From assembly GCA_950097015.1 (NCBI GenBank), contig CATNEN010000024.1, forward strand, positions 3,782,001 through 3,846,000: DNA of 64,000 nt, read 5' to 3'. Each line of letters starts with the position of its first letter. Position 1 is the first letter of the stretch. Shown here piece after piece: positions 46,499 to 59,049 of this stretch. Below the pieces are notes generated by a model that worked only from the letters and a program-made list of their open reading frames with translations, had not been told where the DNA came from and ran no database searches. The stretch is from Macrostomum hystrix. Lineage: Eukaryota; Animalia; Platyhelminthes. The translations under genes were made by a program, and so were the position numbers.

Positions 46499-47394
46499 AG
46501 CTACTGGAAAAACTTGTTTGATGAATCCAACTAAACTCTGTCTACACTACTGCAAGTACAGCTTTAAGGTAATAATTAATCATTAGAATTCATTGAATAA
46601 TTTCATTTCAATTTTATGTCCGACTTTAATCGATTACTTTCTGCCATCACTTGGTTACTTTTTTTACAATGGGAAATTTGAAACTTCTTTCCAAAGTTTG
46701 CTGGTAAAACACTGATTCGTGCCTTCCATATCAACCAAAAAAACTAGTTTTAATTAAACTGTATTGAAAGCTATGTGATGGGCTGTCAGATAAATTCTAG
46801 AGCTGCATTGAAGGCAAATAATTACTGATTCAGAACAATCAAAAGCGTCAATGATTTCGGCAAACTGTTGTTAGAAGAAGCTAAAAAGTCCCGGAAATTT
46901 GTATTAGTTTACAATATTCTTATAGAAGGCAAAATAACAGGGAGATTGCCTTTCGTTTTCTAGCTAGTTAATCCCGTCAATCCTAAAATTACAACACAAA
47001 GAAGAATTGATTTCTTGTAAAAAACTAATTTAACCCGACTCGCCTCGAAATGAAACGAGGTGTTGGACAGCAAAACATCCGGCGAAGCCTCCGCGACACT
47101 CTCTCAACCTCGCCCTTCTCTCTGAAACGCATTCAAATTATTTGCTTCACAATGTCCCCCCATTTCGCACGCTTTTCAATTTCGTTATTATCGCCAAACT
47201 GCACCGATCTATACCTGTATTTGACGTGAACATTTATGCGTGTTGAGTGCATGGGAGATGTTCAAAGCAGCACGAAATTTCAGTGTATATCATACTTTTG
47301 TGCATTTACTTTTTAATCAAAACTCATTTTCCGACACTTTACTTTCTATTCTTTTTGGTATCTTTTTTCATCCCTCCAAATATTTGCTTTCATT

Positions 47395-47700
47395 CTATCT
47401 CTCCCTGCATCTCATCTTTCCCTTCATTCCATCTCTCCCTGCAACTCATCTTTCCCTTCATTCCATCTCTCCCTGCATCTCATCTTTCCCTTCATTCCAT
47501 CTCTCCCTGCATCTCATCTTTCCCTTCATTCCATCTCTCCCTGCAACTCATCTTTCCCTTCATTCCATCTCTCCCTGCATCTCATCTTTCCCTTCATTCC
47601 ATCTCTCCCTGCAACTCATCTTTCCCTTCATTCCATCTCTCCCTGCATCTCATCTTTCCCTTCATTCCATCTCTCCCTGCAACTCATCTTCTCCTTCATC
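47395..47700. repeat. Minisatellite, 34-bp pyrimidine-rich unit (CCATCTCTCCCTGCATCTCATCTTTCCCTTCATT)
   Basis: About 9 units. Confidence 0.9.
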
Positions 47701-47708
47701 CCATCCTA

Positions 47709-47765
47709 TGATGTGCCATTGCCCACGGCCCTCCTGCAATTATTATTACTATTATTATTATTATC
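47709..47765 (+). mobile_element. SINE family A, 3' tail fragment
   Basis: GATGTGCCATTGCCCACGGCCCTCCTGCAA followed by (TTA)n. Confidence 0.65.
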
Positions 47766-48216
47766 GTGTTGCCATCCATTTCCCAGCTCAGTGTCCTGCT
47801 CATACGAGCCCTATTTTTATTCCAGGCACTTTCGATCTCTCATCTGCCGCAACAATAGCGCCCAGTCTAACACACCTTAAGCGATCATTAATATGCTTTT
47901 TTAGGAAAACAATTTCTACTGAACGAAGCTCACAAAAAACATGGCCAAAATCTGCGGGTATCCGGCCAAGCCTCTGATAGTGCGTCAACGGTTTTTTAAT
48001 TGCTAAAATTCTCCCGTAAAAACCTTGGGCAGAGGCTCTGATTGGGAGATCGGGTCTCAGGTTGGAGGGAGGGAGGACGGAAGAGGGAGGAGGTGGGGCA
48101 GCAGGGAGTTGGGGCGGGCGCAAGAACTACAAAACTCTGCCTAGTAGGTAAAAAAAACGAGAGAAGCCGCATAGAAACTCGACAACTAACAGCAGACAAA
48201 AGCTGACTTCACCAAG

Positions 48217-49452
48217 ATGCCTCCCTGCGGCGTCTCCAACTGCAGCTCAGCTGTCAGCGAGTCAGCAACCGCTGACAGATTCGGCCTGATCACTGGCGCA
48301 ACCTTCGCCAGCCTCGCCGCCCTGAACCTGGCCCAGAGCGGCTATGCGCTCTTCCTGTTCCTGTCCGCTGGCAGGCGCGAGATGTGCGCCCAGGTCAGGC
48401 ATCCGCTGAGCTACCTCAGCGCCTTCGAGCTGCTGTTCAATCTGTGCGTCCTACTCACCGTGGGCCTGCAGGTAGCACCAGTTCAGCTGCCCGAGGTCAG
48501 CCTTGAAGACATCGGCGGCCGGCTGTTCTGCCCGTCAGAAGCGGCCTCGCTGAATGTCACAGAAGCCGGTGGCGCTGGTCATGGAAAGGCCCGCGCTCCG
48601 CTATTGATCATCATCGGGGTTGTACTGCGCGCCTCGCTGACTCTCCGCAACTGGACAGTGGTGGTCATCGCCCTGTCGCGTCTCAACGCCGTCCTGCGCC
48701 CGTTGAGCGCTCGCGCCGGTGACGCCGCCCTAAAAGGTCGCCGCTCTCTGCTGCTGTTCGCCACAATGGCACTCGCCGTGTCGCCGCTAGCAGCTGCCAG
48801 CGAGCTGGACTCGGCCTGCAATCCCAGCCGGGTGACGCCATTCGCCACCGGCTTCTACACCATGCAGACCGCGGTGCCCTTCGTTCTGGTGCTGACGGCC
48901 GGCGCGCTCATTACCCACCGGCTTCGGTGGCACCGGCTTGTGCCCGGCAATTCGCAGCCGTCATTGGCGAGGCGTGACAAGCGAGCAGCTAGAACTGTAC
49001 TTTTACTAGCTCTGGTGTTTGCCGCGATGGAGCTGCCAACGGCCCTGTTCGCCTACATCCGGCTGAAAAACGCAGTCCTTGTGTTCCTGGTCAACCTGCT
49101 GGTGCAGATTGACAGCCTGATGAATTTTGTCATCTACATCTGCACGACCCGCCTGTTCCGCCAGTCCCTCCTCGGCTTGCTCTGCTGCTCCTCCGGCCAG
49201 CCAGCGATGACTCAGCGTCGGATGACTCACGGAGGCGCCAGCGGCGTCAGCGGCGTCGGCGGCGGCGGCAGCACTTGCATCTGCGGCATTCGCAGCAGTA
49301 GCTCGGGCAGCAACGGAGCAATTGGCGTCAACGGCGGCGTCGGCCTCGGCAACGGGCTTAGACGCAGCTTCGCCGGTGGTGACAGTCAGGAGATCATTCC
49401 GCTGTCCTCGGGCGAGATCGAGCTGAGCACCAGGTTCCTGCGCGTCGGCTGA
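48217..49452 (+). CDS. Intronless class A (rhodopsin-like) GPCR, peptide-receptor-like (FMRFamide/srw-type), 411 aa
   Basis: Seven hydrophobic segments; TM3 end [18 protein letters not shown]; TM6 [15 protein letters not shown]; TM7 [10 protein letters not shown] followed by helix-8 RLFRQSL; N-glycosylation sequons NCS and NVT. Confidence 0.85.
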   Translation: MPPCGVSNCSSAVSESATADRFGLITGATFASLAALNLAQSGYALFLFLSAGRREMCAQVRHPLSYLSAFELLFNLCVLLTVGLQVAPVQLPEVSLEDIGGRLFCPSEAASLNVTEAGGAGHGKARAPLLIIIGVVLRASLTLRNWTVVVIALSRLNAVLRPLSARAGDAALKGRRSLLLFATMALAVSPLAAASELDSACNPSRVTPFATGFYTMQTAVPFVLVLTAGALITHRLRWHRLVPGNSQPSLARRDKRAARTVLLLALVFAAMELPTALFAYIRLKNAVLVFLVNLLVQIDSLMNFVIYICTTRLFRQSLLGLLCCSSGQPAMTQRRMTHGGASGVSGVGGGGSTCICGIRSSSSGSNGAIGVNGGVGLGNGLRRSFAGGDSQEIIPLSSGEIELSTRFLRVG

Positions 49453-49635
49453 CTGGTGCCAAGATGGCGGCAACCTAGAATAGCTTCTGAAGTCTCTGAC
49501 ACATGACCTGATCCCGATGCAGTCTGCTGCTTTAACTATTTTAATTATCAAAGCAGAAATTGAAATCTGGGGACAGATAAAATATAAAATTTTTCATGAA
49601 ACACTGAAACTGCAGTAGACTAGTGACCGAGCGAT

Positions 49636-49781
49636 CCTGACGATGAAAAAGTTATGGCAGATGTACACACCTGTGTGCGTGTGTGCTCAGGCGTCAGCGA
49701 AATGGGCAGAATTGCCTCCTCGCTGGCTGCGGATCTAGTGTAACCATATGATGTGCCTGCGGCCCTCCTGCAATTATTATT
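49636..49781 (+). mobile_element. SINE family A, 5'-truncated
   Basis: CCTGACGATGAAAAAG..GCAGATGTACACACCTGTGTG..CCCTCCTGCAATTATTATT. Confidence 0.8.
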
Positions 49782-49834
49782 AACCTAGAGGTTAATAGAG
49801 AGTCTGGAACTCGAATCGAAAAGAAAAAAAAACT

Positions 49835-49912
49835 GTTTTGTCTTTCAGCAAGACACTTGTTAAAAAAAGGTCGTGGAGTGATCCAGTCAGTGGACTTAAA
49901 CAGCTGTAGATA
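49835..49912 (+). mobile_element. CORE-SINE fragment
   Basis: TGTCTTTCAGCAAGACACTT followed by CAGTCAGTGGACTTAAACAGCTGTA. Confidence 0.45.
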
Positions 49913-50521
49913 TACAGTTTTTTGCCCTAAATGTAGTGATTCAGAATCAGTTTAGATAGCCGTTTTTATTCAAGCATCGTTTTATTGTTAATTTGCAATG
50001 CATCTCGTTTTCAATGCAGATAGTTTGTAGTTTTTGTGTTAATTTTAATCGTGCGCTTTGAAAATTTGTGAAATTCTATTTAGAAAGTTGAGCACCAAAT
50101 GTGACGATGTTTTTTCACAAAAATTTTTTCACGACTCAGTTCTGAAGACGTGCACTTTTAATTGATCAGAAAAGTTACCATCTCAAGACTGACTAACAAA
50201 GTATTAACAGGTGTGGAGAGTCTAAGAATGACACAGACATACGCGTATCATCCGGCATATTTGTCTCTAATTTGTTGACGATTCGTAGAATAGTTTTAAA
50301 TAAATTAATTGTAAATCTTTTTTGCCAGAAAAATATGTGCCTGTGCTTTTGGTTCCACGTTCATTTTAAGACAATCCAGTCAGTTTTTTCATTAAATACG
50401 CTCGTAAAAATCTGAAGTTATTGCGAAGATGGAACAGTCGCTGCTAGTTTTATTTGTTTATTTTTAACTTCACCTGAGACGACTGCGTGTGAAGAGCGGC
50501 ATTTAGCTTATTAATTTAACG

Positions 50522-51922
50522 AGGATAGAGAATGGGAGGAGAGGATGGAGAAGGGGAGGAGAGGATGGAGAAGGGGAGGAGAGGATGGAGAAGGGGAGGA
50601 GAGGATGGAGAAGGGGAGGAGAGGATAGAGAATGGGAGGAGAGGATGGAGAATGGGAGGAGAGGATGGAGAAGGGGAGGAGAGGATGGAGAAGGGGAGGA
50701 GAGGATGGATAAGGGGAGGAGAGGATGGAGAAGGGGAGGAGAGGATGGAGAAGGGGAGGAGAGGATGGAGAAGGGGAGGAGAGGATAGAGAAAGGGAGGA
50801 GAGGATGGAGAAGGGGAGGAGAGGATGGGGAAGGGGAGGAGAGGATAGAGAATGGGAGGAGAGGATGGAGAAGGGGAGGAGAGGATGGAGAAGGGGAGGA
50901 GAGGATGGAGAAGGGGAGGAGAGGATAGAGAATGGGAGGAGAGGATGGAGAATGGGAGGAGAGGATGGAGAATGGGAGGAGAGGATGGAGAAGGGGAGGA
51001 GAGGATAGAGAAGAGGAGGAGAGGATAGAGAAGTGGAGGAGAGGATAGAGAAGGGGAGGAGAGGAAAGAGAAGGGGAGGAGAGGAAAGAGAAGGGGAGGA
51101 GAGGATGGAGAATGGGAGGAGAGGATGGAGAAGGGGAGGAGAGGATAGAGAAGGGGAGGAGAGGAAAGAGAAGGGGAGGAGAGGATGGAGAAGGGGAGGA
51201 GAGGATGGAGAAGGGGAGGAGAGGATGGAGAAGGGGAGGAGAGGATGGAGAAGGGGAGGAGAGGATGGAGAAGGGGAGGAGAGGATAGAGAATGGGAGGA
51301 GAGGATGGAGAATGGGAGGAGAGGATGGAGAATGGGAGGAGAGGATGGAGAAGGGGAGGAGAGGATAGAGAAGAGGAGGAGAGGATAGAGAAGTGGAGGA
51401 GAGGATAGAGAAGGGGAGGAGAGGAAAGAGAAGGGGAGGAGAGGATGGAGAAGGGGAGGAGAGGATGGAGAAGGGGAGGAGAGGATAGAGAAGGGGAGGA
51501 GAGGAAAGAGAAGGGGAGGAGAGGAAAGAGAAGGGGAGGAGAGGAAAGAGAAGGGGAGGAGAGGATAGAGAAGGGGAGGAAAGGATAGAGAAGTGGAGGA
51601 GAGGATAGAGAAGGGGAGGAGAGGAAAGAGAAGGGGAGGAGAGGATAGAGAAGGGGAGGAAAGGATAGAGAAGTGGAGGAGAGGATAGAGAAGGGGAGGA
51701 GAGGAAAGAGAAGGGGAGGAGAGGATGGAGAAGGGGAGGAGAGGATGGAGAAGGGGAGGAGAGGATAGAGAAGGGGAGGAGAGGAAAGAGAAGGGGAGGA
51801 GAGGATGGAGAAGGGGAGGAGAGGATGGAGAAGGGGAGGAGAGGATAGAGAAGGGGAGGAGAGGAAAGAGAAGGGGAGGAGAGGATGGAGAAGGGGAGGA
51901 GAGGATGGAGAAGGGGAGGAGA
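50522..51922. repeat. Polypurine minisatellite, 20-bp unit (GAGGATGGAGAAGGGGAGGA)
   Basis: About 70 units. Confidence 0.93.
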
Positions 51923-53061
51923 AGAGAATTAAGTGGAGGATTTAGAAGGAGAACAAAAAGTGAGAAGGGAGAACGCAGGCAGAAAAGCAGCAATCTGCCG
52001 AGAGCAACAGAGAAGCTAAAAAAGCCGCTAAAAGTGGCAAGGCCTAACGGGAACAATGCCGTGAATCAGCAGGTATTGCGAGCAGTATGGCTCCCAGCAG
52101 GTCTAATTGTTAGATATTTATCTATTATTGAGAGAGCTGCAGTTAATGCTGAAAATTTCAGCGCGAATTTAAATTGTTCTCATCCCTGAATTGGGTCATT
52201 GAGCTCTTTGCTCCGTTGCAATCGCTCGGCAACGCTTTATAAAAGCTTTTCAATTTAATTTAAGCCCGTTGTTTTATTTTTAGAAATCGCCATTTCATCG
52301 ACCTACTATTTGTTCACAGTTTGTTCACTGTCAACATTTTCAACATTGTTATGAAGTCCGCTTAGACACTTAGAAATCATAACTAGATATGACACTAGTC
52401 AAGCCACACCTCACACAGCTACCAAATGCTACCATAATCCCAACGTCTTGAAAGGCTGCAGCTTTCCCTTTTCATTAGCGGCATCATCTAGCATTCTCTT
52501 TGATCTACTGAACTAGTTATCCCATTGGGATTTAGAGATTTGAAGAGGATTAATTTTCTAGCACAATGGGGTGCTGCAGTTGTGGAAGCGACAGAAAACT
52601 GAGACACCTTTCACCGGAGCGGAAATTTATAGATTGGGATTGAGACACCTGGACAAAGAATGCTGCATAGGACACGGAAAATTCCTCTGAGTAAAAAGAG
52701 GAAATTCTTTGAGCAGCTGGGCAGAATTAGACAGATGGACGGGAGACCAGACCCCCATGGAACATGTGGAACCCCCAGCCACACTCATGTTCTAATCGTA
52801 ATGTAGCGCTGATGAAGGCAATTTGATTTGTGAATCTTTGGGACTTATAAGGCTCCGACTTTCACAAAATGATATATTTGTGATACATGACAGCTGTCAG
52901 ATTGAGGTATTTCATTTAGACTGCCTACATACGAACGATATGAAATGTGAAACAAATGTACTGCTTCTCAGTCAGAGTTAGTTAAGGTAGAATAATTTTG
53001 TGAGCAAAAATCTCACCTTCTAGCGTGCCAAACTGACAACAATTTCTCATTTTGTCATCCT

Positions 53062-55850
53062 CTTTCTCTCACTCCCATCTCATCCCTGTTCTCTCACACT
53101 TCTCACTCCCATCTCATCCCTGTTCTCTCACACTTCTCACTCCCATCTCATCCCTGTTCTCTCACACTTCTCACTCGCCATCTCATCCCTGTTCTCTCAC
53201 ACTTCTCACTCCCATCTCATCCCTGTTCTCTCACACTTCTCACTCGCCATCTCATCCCTGTTCTCTCACACTTCTCACTCCCATGTCATTCCTGTTCTCT
53301 CACACTTCTCACTCGCCATCTCATCCCTGTTCTCTCACACTTCTCACTCCCATCTGATCCCTGTTCTCTCACACTTCTCACTCCCATCTCATCCCTGTTC
53401 TCTCACAATTCTCACTCCTATCTCATCCCTGTTCTCTCACAATTCTCACTCCCATCTCATCCCTGTTCTCTCACAATTCTCACTCCCATCTCATCCCTGT
53501 TCTCTCACAATTCTCACTCCCATCTCATCCCTGTTCTCTCACACTTCTCACTCCCATCTCATCCCTGTTCTCTCACAATTCTCACTCGCCATCTCATCCA
53601 TGTTCTCTCACACTTCTCACTTCCATCTCATCCCTGTTCTCTCACAATTCTCACTCGCCATCTCATCCCTGTTCTCTCACACTTCTCACTCACCATCTCA
53701 TCCCTGTTCTCTCACACTTCTCACTCGCCATCTCATCCCTGTTCTCTCACACTTCTCACTCCCATCTCATCCCTGTTCTCTCACACTTCTCACTCCCATC
53801 TCATCCCTGTTCTCTCACACTTCTCACTCCCATCTCATCCCTGTTCTCTCACAATTCTCACTCGCCATCTCATCCATGTTCTCTCACACTTCTCACTCCC
53901 ATCTCATCCCTGTTCTCTCACAATTCTCACTCGCCATCTCATCCCTGTTCTCTCACACTTCTCACTCCCATGTCATTCCTGTTCTCTCACACTTCTCACT
54001 CCCATCTCATCCCTGTTCTCTCACACTTCTCACTCCCATCTCATCCCTGTTCTCTCACACTTCTCACTCCCATCTCATCCCTGTTCTCTCACACTTCTCA
54101 CTCCCATCTCATCCCTGTTCTCTCACACTTCTCACTCACCATCTCATCCCTGTTCTCTCACACTTCTCACTCCCATCTCATCCCTGTTCTCTCACACTTC
54201 TCACTCCCATCTCATCCCTGTTCTCTCACACTTCTCACTCCCATCTCATCCCTGTTCTCTCACACTTCTCACTCACCATCTCATCCCTGTTCTCTCACAC
54301 TTCTCACTCACCATCTCATCCCTGTTCTCTCACACTTCTCACTCACCATCTCATCCCTGTTCTCTCACACTTCTCACTCCCATCTCATCCCTGTTCTCTC
54401 ACACTTCTCACTCCCATCTCATCCCTGTTCTCTCACAATTCTCACTCCCATCTCATCCCTGTTCTCTCACAATTCTCACTCGCCATCTCATCCATGTTCT
54501 CTCACACTTCTCACTCCCATCTCATCCCTGTTCTCTCACACTTCTCACTCACCATCTCATCCCTGTTCTCTCACACTTCTCACTCCCATCTCATCCCTGT
54601 TCTCTCACACTTCTCACTCACCATCTCATCCCTGTTCTCTCGCACTTCTCACTCCCATCTCATCCCTGTTCTCTCACACTTCTCACTCACCATCTCATCC
54701 CTGTTCTCTCACACTTCTCACTCCCATCTCATCCCTGTTCTCTCACACTTCTCACTCCCATCTCATCCCTGTTCTCTCACACTTCTCACTCACCATCTCA
54801 TCCCTGTTCTCTCACACTTCTCACTCCCATCTCATCCCTGTTCTCTCACACTTCTCACTCGCCATCTCATCCCTGTTCTCTCACACTTCTCACTCACCAT
54901 CTCATCCCTGTTCTCTCACACTTCTCACTCCCATCTCATCCCTGTTCTCTCACACTTCTCACTCGCCATCTCATCCCTGTTCTCTCACACTTCTCACTCC
55001 CATCTCATCCCTGTTCTCTCACACTTCTCACTCGCCATCTCATCCCTGTTCTCTCACACTTCTCACTCACCATCTCATCCCTGTTCTCTCACACTTCTCA
55101 CTCCCATCTCATCCCTGTTCTCTCACACTTCTCACTCGCCATCTCATCCCTGTTCTCTCACACTTCTCACTCGCCATCTCATCCCTGTTCTCTCACACTT
55201 CTCACTCCCATGTCATTCCTGTTCTCTCACACTTCTCACTCCCATCTCATCCCTGTTCTCTCACAATTCTCACTCGCCATCTCATCCATGTTCTCTCACA
55301 ATTCTCACTCACCATCTCATCCCTGTTCTCTCACACTTCTCACTCACCATCTCATCCATGTTCTCTCACACTTCTCACTCACCATCTCATCCATGTTCTC
55401 TCACACTTCTCACTCCCATCTCATCCCTGTTCTCTCACACTTCTCACTCGCCATCTCATCCCTGTTCTCTCACAATTCTCACTCGCCTTCTCATCCCTGT
55501 TCTCTCACAATTCTCACTCGCCATCCCATCCCTGTTCTCTCACAATTCTCACTCGCCTTCTCATCCCTGTTCTCTCACACTTCTCACTCGCCTTCTCATC
55601 CCTGTTCTCTCACACTTCTCACTCGCCATCCCATCCCTGTTCTCTCACAATTCTCACTCGCCTTCTCATCCATGTTCTCTCACACTTCTCACTCGCCTTC
55701 TCATCCCTGTTCTCTCACACTTCTCACTCGCCATCCCATCCCTGTTCTCTCACAATTCTCACTCGCCATCCCATCCCTGTTCTCTCACACTTCTCACTCC
55801 CATCTCATCCCTGTTCTCTCACACTACTCACTCCCTTCTCATCCATGTTC
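53062..55850. repeat. Pyrimidine-rich minisatellite, 34/35-bp unit (CCATCTCATCCCTGTTCTCTCACACTTCTCACTC)
   Basis: About 80 units; explains the 777-aa and 641-aa ORFs. Confidence 0.93.
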
Positions 55851-55972
55851 TCTCCTTCCTCTCAATCGTTATTTCAACGATCAGCCTTCAATTGATAATT
55901 AATTTGCTGCCATTAGATAAAGCCAGGGATTAGAAAAAAAAAATAATCACAGTTATCCCAATCCACCTGCAG

Positions 55973-57319
55973 GCTGCGCATCAAATCAGAAGGGATTTGA
56001 AGCCTCACAAGATTTTCCCCAGGGCAAGGTGTTAGAGATAGACTGTCATGTCAGAGAAGGTGAGTCTGAACCATCGTTGTTCCTCAACGCTAAAAAGTAA
56101 AATCAGCCAAATGCTTGAGAATTTCAAAGCGGGGCGGTGACAGCAAACTCGCTTATTAATTCATATTTAATTTATTTTGAAATGTCTAAATTCACAGCCC
56201 AGTAGATTGACAGGCGGACAGATCGCTACTTGAGTTTTAGCATGTTATAGAGCCATGTAGGAAAAGTACATGATAAAGCACGGCAACGATTCACGAGTTC
56301 AAAATCTATAGGACTCCGTGCCTACTGGTAAGTTCAAGAGGAAAATAGGTAAGAAAATTCTTGTCCTCTCTCTCTCTCACCTGTCTGCTTTCCTTGCCAA
56401 CTTTAATCAGTTGCTCCAGCAAAGCAGGTAGTTTTTTATGTTTCGATCTTCGCATGCCAAGCAGCAGGTAAGTTCCAGGTAAGCTTTGGTGCACCTGTCC
56501 GGCATCAGCTGCTAACTTATAAGGTATTTCATTTAACACAGAACCTCCTGGGCTTCAAGCTCGCTAATTAATTCTGAGTGAGCAGAGCCAGGGTCCGACA
56601 CAGTTAGAGTTTGCGCTGGAGTCAGACAAACAAAACACGTCATTTATGCTGGAGTCAGATAAACTGTACACCTCAGTTGTGCTGGAGTCAGATAAACTGT
56701 ACACCTCAGTTGTGCTGGAGTCAGATAAACTGTACACCTCAGTTGTGCTGGAGTCAGATAAACTGTACACCTCAGTTCTGCTGGAGTCAGATAAACTGTA
56801 CACCTCAGTTGTGCTGGAGTCAGATAAACTGTACACCTCAGTTGTGCTGGAGTCAGATAAACTGTACACCTCAGTTGTGCTGGAGTCAGATAAACTGTAC
56901 ACCTCAGTTCTGCTGGAGTCAGATAAACTGTACACCTCAGTTGTGCTGGAGTCAGATAAACTGTACACCTCAGTTGTGCTGGAGTCAGATAAACTGTACA
57001 CCTCAGTTGTGCTGGAGTCAGATAAACTGTACACCTCAGTTGTGCTGGAGTCAGATAAACTGTACACCTCAGTCTCTCTCACTCCCATCTAGTTTCTACT
57101 CAATAGTCAGAGAGACATCTGGACCTCGTCCCGATTGGGAGCTTATCAACCAGAACTCATTAACTACGAGTACAATAAGGATGTTGCTTAGGCTGCTTTA
57201 ACGATAGCTGGCGAAACACACGATGACAGGTAACATAGCAAGTTAAAAAACAAATACTCAAGCTTACTACGTCGTAAAATAGAATGTGACATGACTGTTA
57301 ACAGTTGTACTGCCGCCAT
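55973..57319. other. Unresolved cluster of small candidate exons, strand ambiguous
   Basis: + strand: 55973-56059 (CAG/..AAG|GTGAGT, open, 87 nt), 56312-56327, 56411-56467, 57107-57191. - strand: 57268-57319 (MAAVQLL..|GTAAGC) and 56381-56511 (..KESRQ|GTGAGA). No recognisable domain. Confidence 0.25.
56625..57072. repeat. Minisatellite, 33-bp unit (GCTGGAGTCAGATAAACTGTACACCTCAGTTGT)
   Basis: About 13 units. Confidence 0.92.
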
Positions 57320-57584
57320 TTCTACTCCCACTTCAATAGTCTTAAAAAACAAAAAAATTGCGGAAGTCGCTTTCAGAAATAGTACTTTTTTCTGGCATTT
57401 CAAGGCACATTTGATATGTGGCTAAATCAATATTTGACAGACTGACTGAAACAAAGTGCTACTGCATATAGCGCTTACTCCAGATGTTCCTCTAAGAAAA
57501 CAAAAATTAAATTTGAGTAATGTGTAGGAGTAACCTCACAATTAGGTATGGTAATTTGACAACTCTGGGGTTGATTTGTCAACT

Positions 57585-58235
57585 GGGTGATGATTTGTCA
57601 ACTGGGTGATGATTTGTCAACTGGGTGATGATTTGTCAACTGGGTGATGATTTGTCAACTGGGTGATGATTTGTCAACTGGGTGATGATTTGTCAACTGG
57701 GTGATGATTTGTCAACTGGGTGATGATTTGTCAACTGGGTGATGATTTGTCAACTGGGTGATGATTTGTCAACTGGGTGATGATTTGTCAACTGGGTGAT
57801 GATTTATCAACTGGGTGATGATTTATCAACTGGGTGATGATTTGTCAACTGGGTGATGATTTGTCAACTGGGTGATGATTTGTCAACTGGGTGATGATTT
57901 GTCAACTGGGTGATGATCTGTCAACTGGGTGATGATTTGTCAACTGGGTGATGATTTGTCAACTGGGTGATGATTTGTCAACTGGGAGATGATTTGTCAA
58001 CTGAGGAGATGATTTGTGAACTGAGGATCGATGATTTGTGAACTGAGGATCGATGATTTGTGAACTGAGGATCGATGATTTGTGAACTGAGGATCGATGA
58101 TTTGTGAACTGAGGATCGATGATTTGTGAACTGAGGATCGATGATTTGTGAACTGAGGATCGATGATTTGTGAACTGAGGATCGATGATTTGTGAACTGA
58201 GGATCGATGATTTGTGAACTGAGGATCGATGATTT
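57585..58235. repeat. Compound minisatellite: 19-bp unit (GATTTGTCAACTGGGTGAT) grading into a 22-bp unit (GATTTGTGAACTGAGGATCGAT)
   Basis: Transition units at ~57980-58030. Confidence 0.92.
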
Positions 58236-59049
58236 GTCTTTGACAAATATAGACTTTGACCAAAGCGGAGTGAGTTCTTCATTGGAGGGTTGGGTGATAA
58301 CTTAAAAGTTTGATTAAAAGATAAATAAAAAAAATTAAAAGATAATAGGATGAGTCGCAATTCATGAGCACGCCTTCTCTTGCCTGATGACATGAAAGAT
58401 ATACACAGCTGCGACCGCCCACACTTATTTGGGAATGGAAATCGAATATATCAACTTATCAAATAGCAGGCCAGTAGGCAAAGGAGGGTGCAGCGCATCG
58501 TGTTTCCAATGATCAATTCGGTAACAGATTTTGAAGACTGCCTGAAAACTTTTTTCTAGATGCTCTCAGTGAAAGAAATGAAGAAGGCGACTGGCAAAAT
58601 TGCATCGAGTTTCTCGGAGGCAAACAGGTCACGCCAACTCGCTCGCAACAGCCCTCCTGGCGTAAAGTGCACGCTAGTTTCATCTGAGCTGTAGTCATCC
58701 ATCTGCGTGAACATCTTTTTTTATAGTGTATATTTTTAAAGAATAGTTGGGAGAAATTAACGGAAAGACAGAGCACTTCTTTGTCACTCCTTAGGTCTCA
58801 GAGAAAGCCATACATCATGCATTTAGCCATCTTAGGAGCTATCCAGAGAAAGGCCAGGTCACTGAACTCTAATGTATTAGACTGTGAAGACTGACAGCGG
58901 AGAAATGGTTTGAAAAGATTATCATAAAGCCATCCACTATGTATTAATATTTTATCCGTAAGTAAGTAAGTTAAGACAGAAATACGGTAAAGGAAAAATC
59001 CTACTTGTATGTCATGTCAAAACTGGACATCGCTACATTCTAGGGAGCG

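Noticed and set aside
52560-52645. Short MGCCSCGS.. ORF resembling an N-myristoylation/palmitoylation start
   Set aside because: It stops after 25 codons with no suitable donor; not supportable without transcripts.
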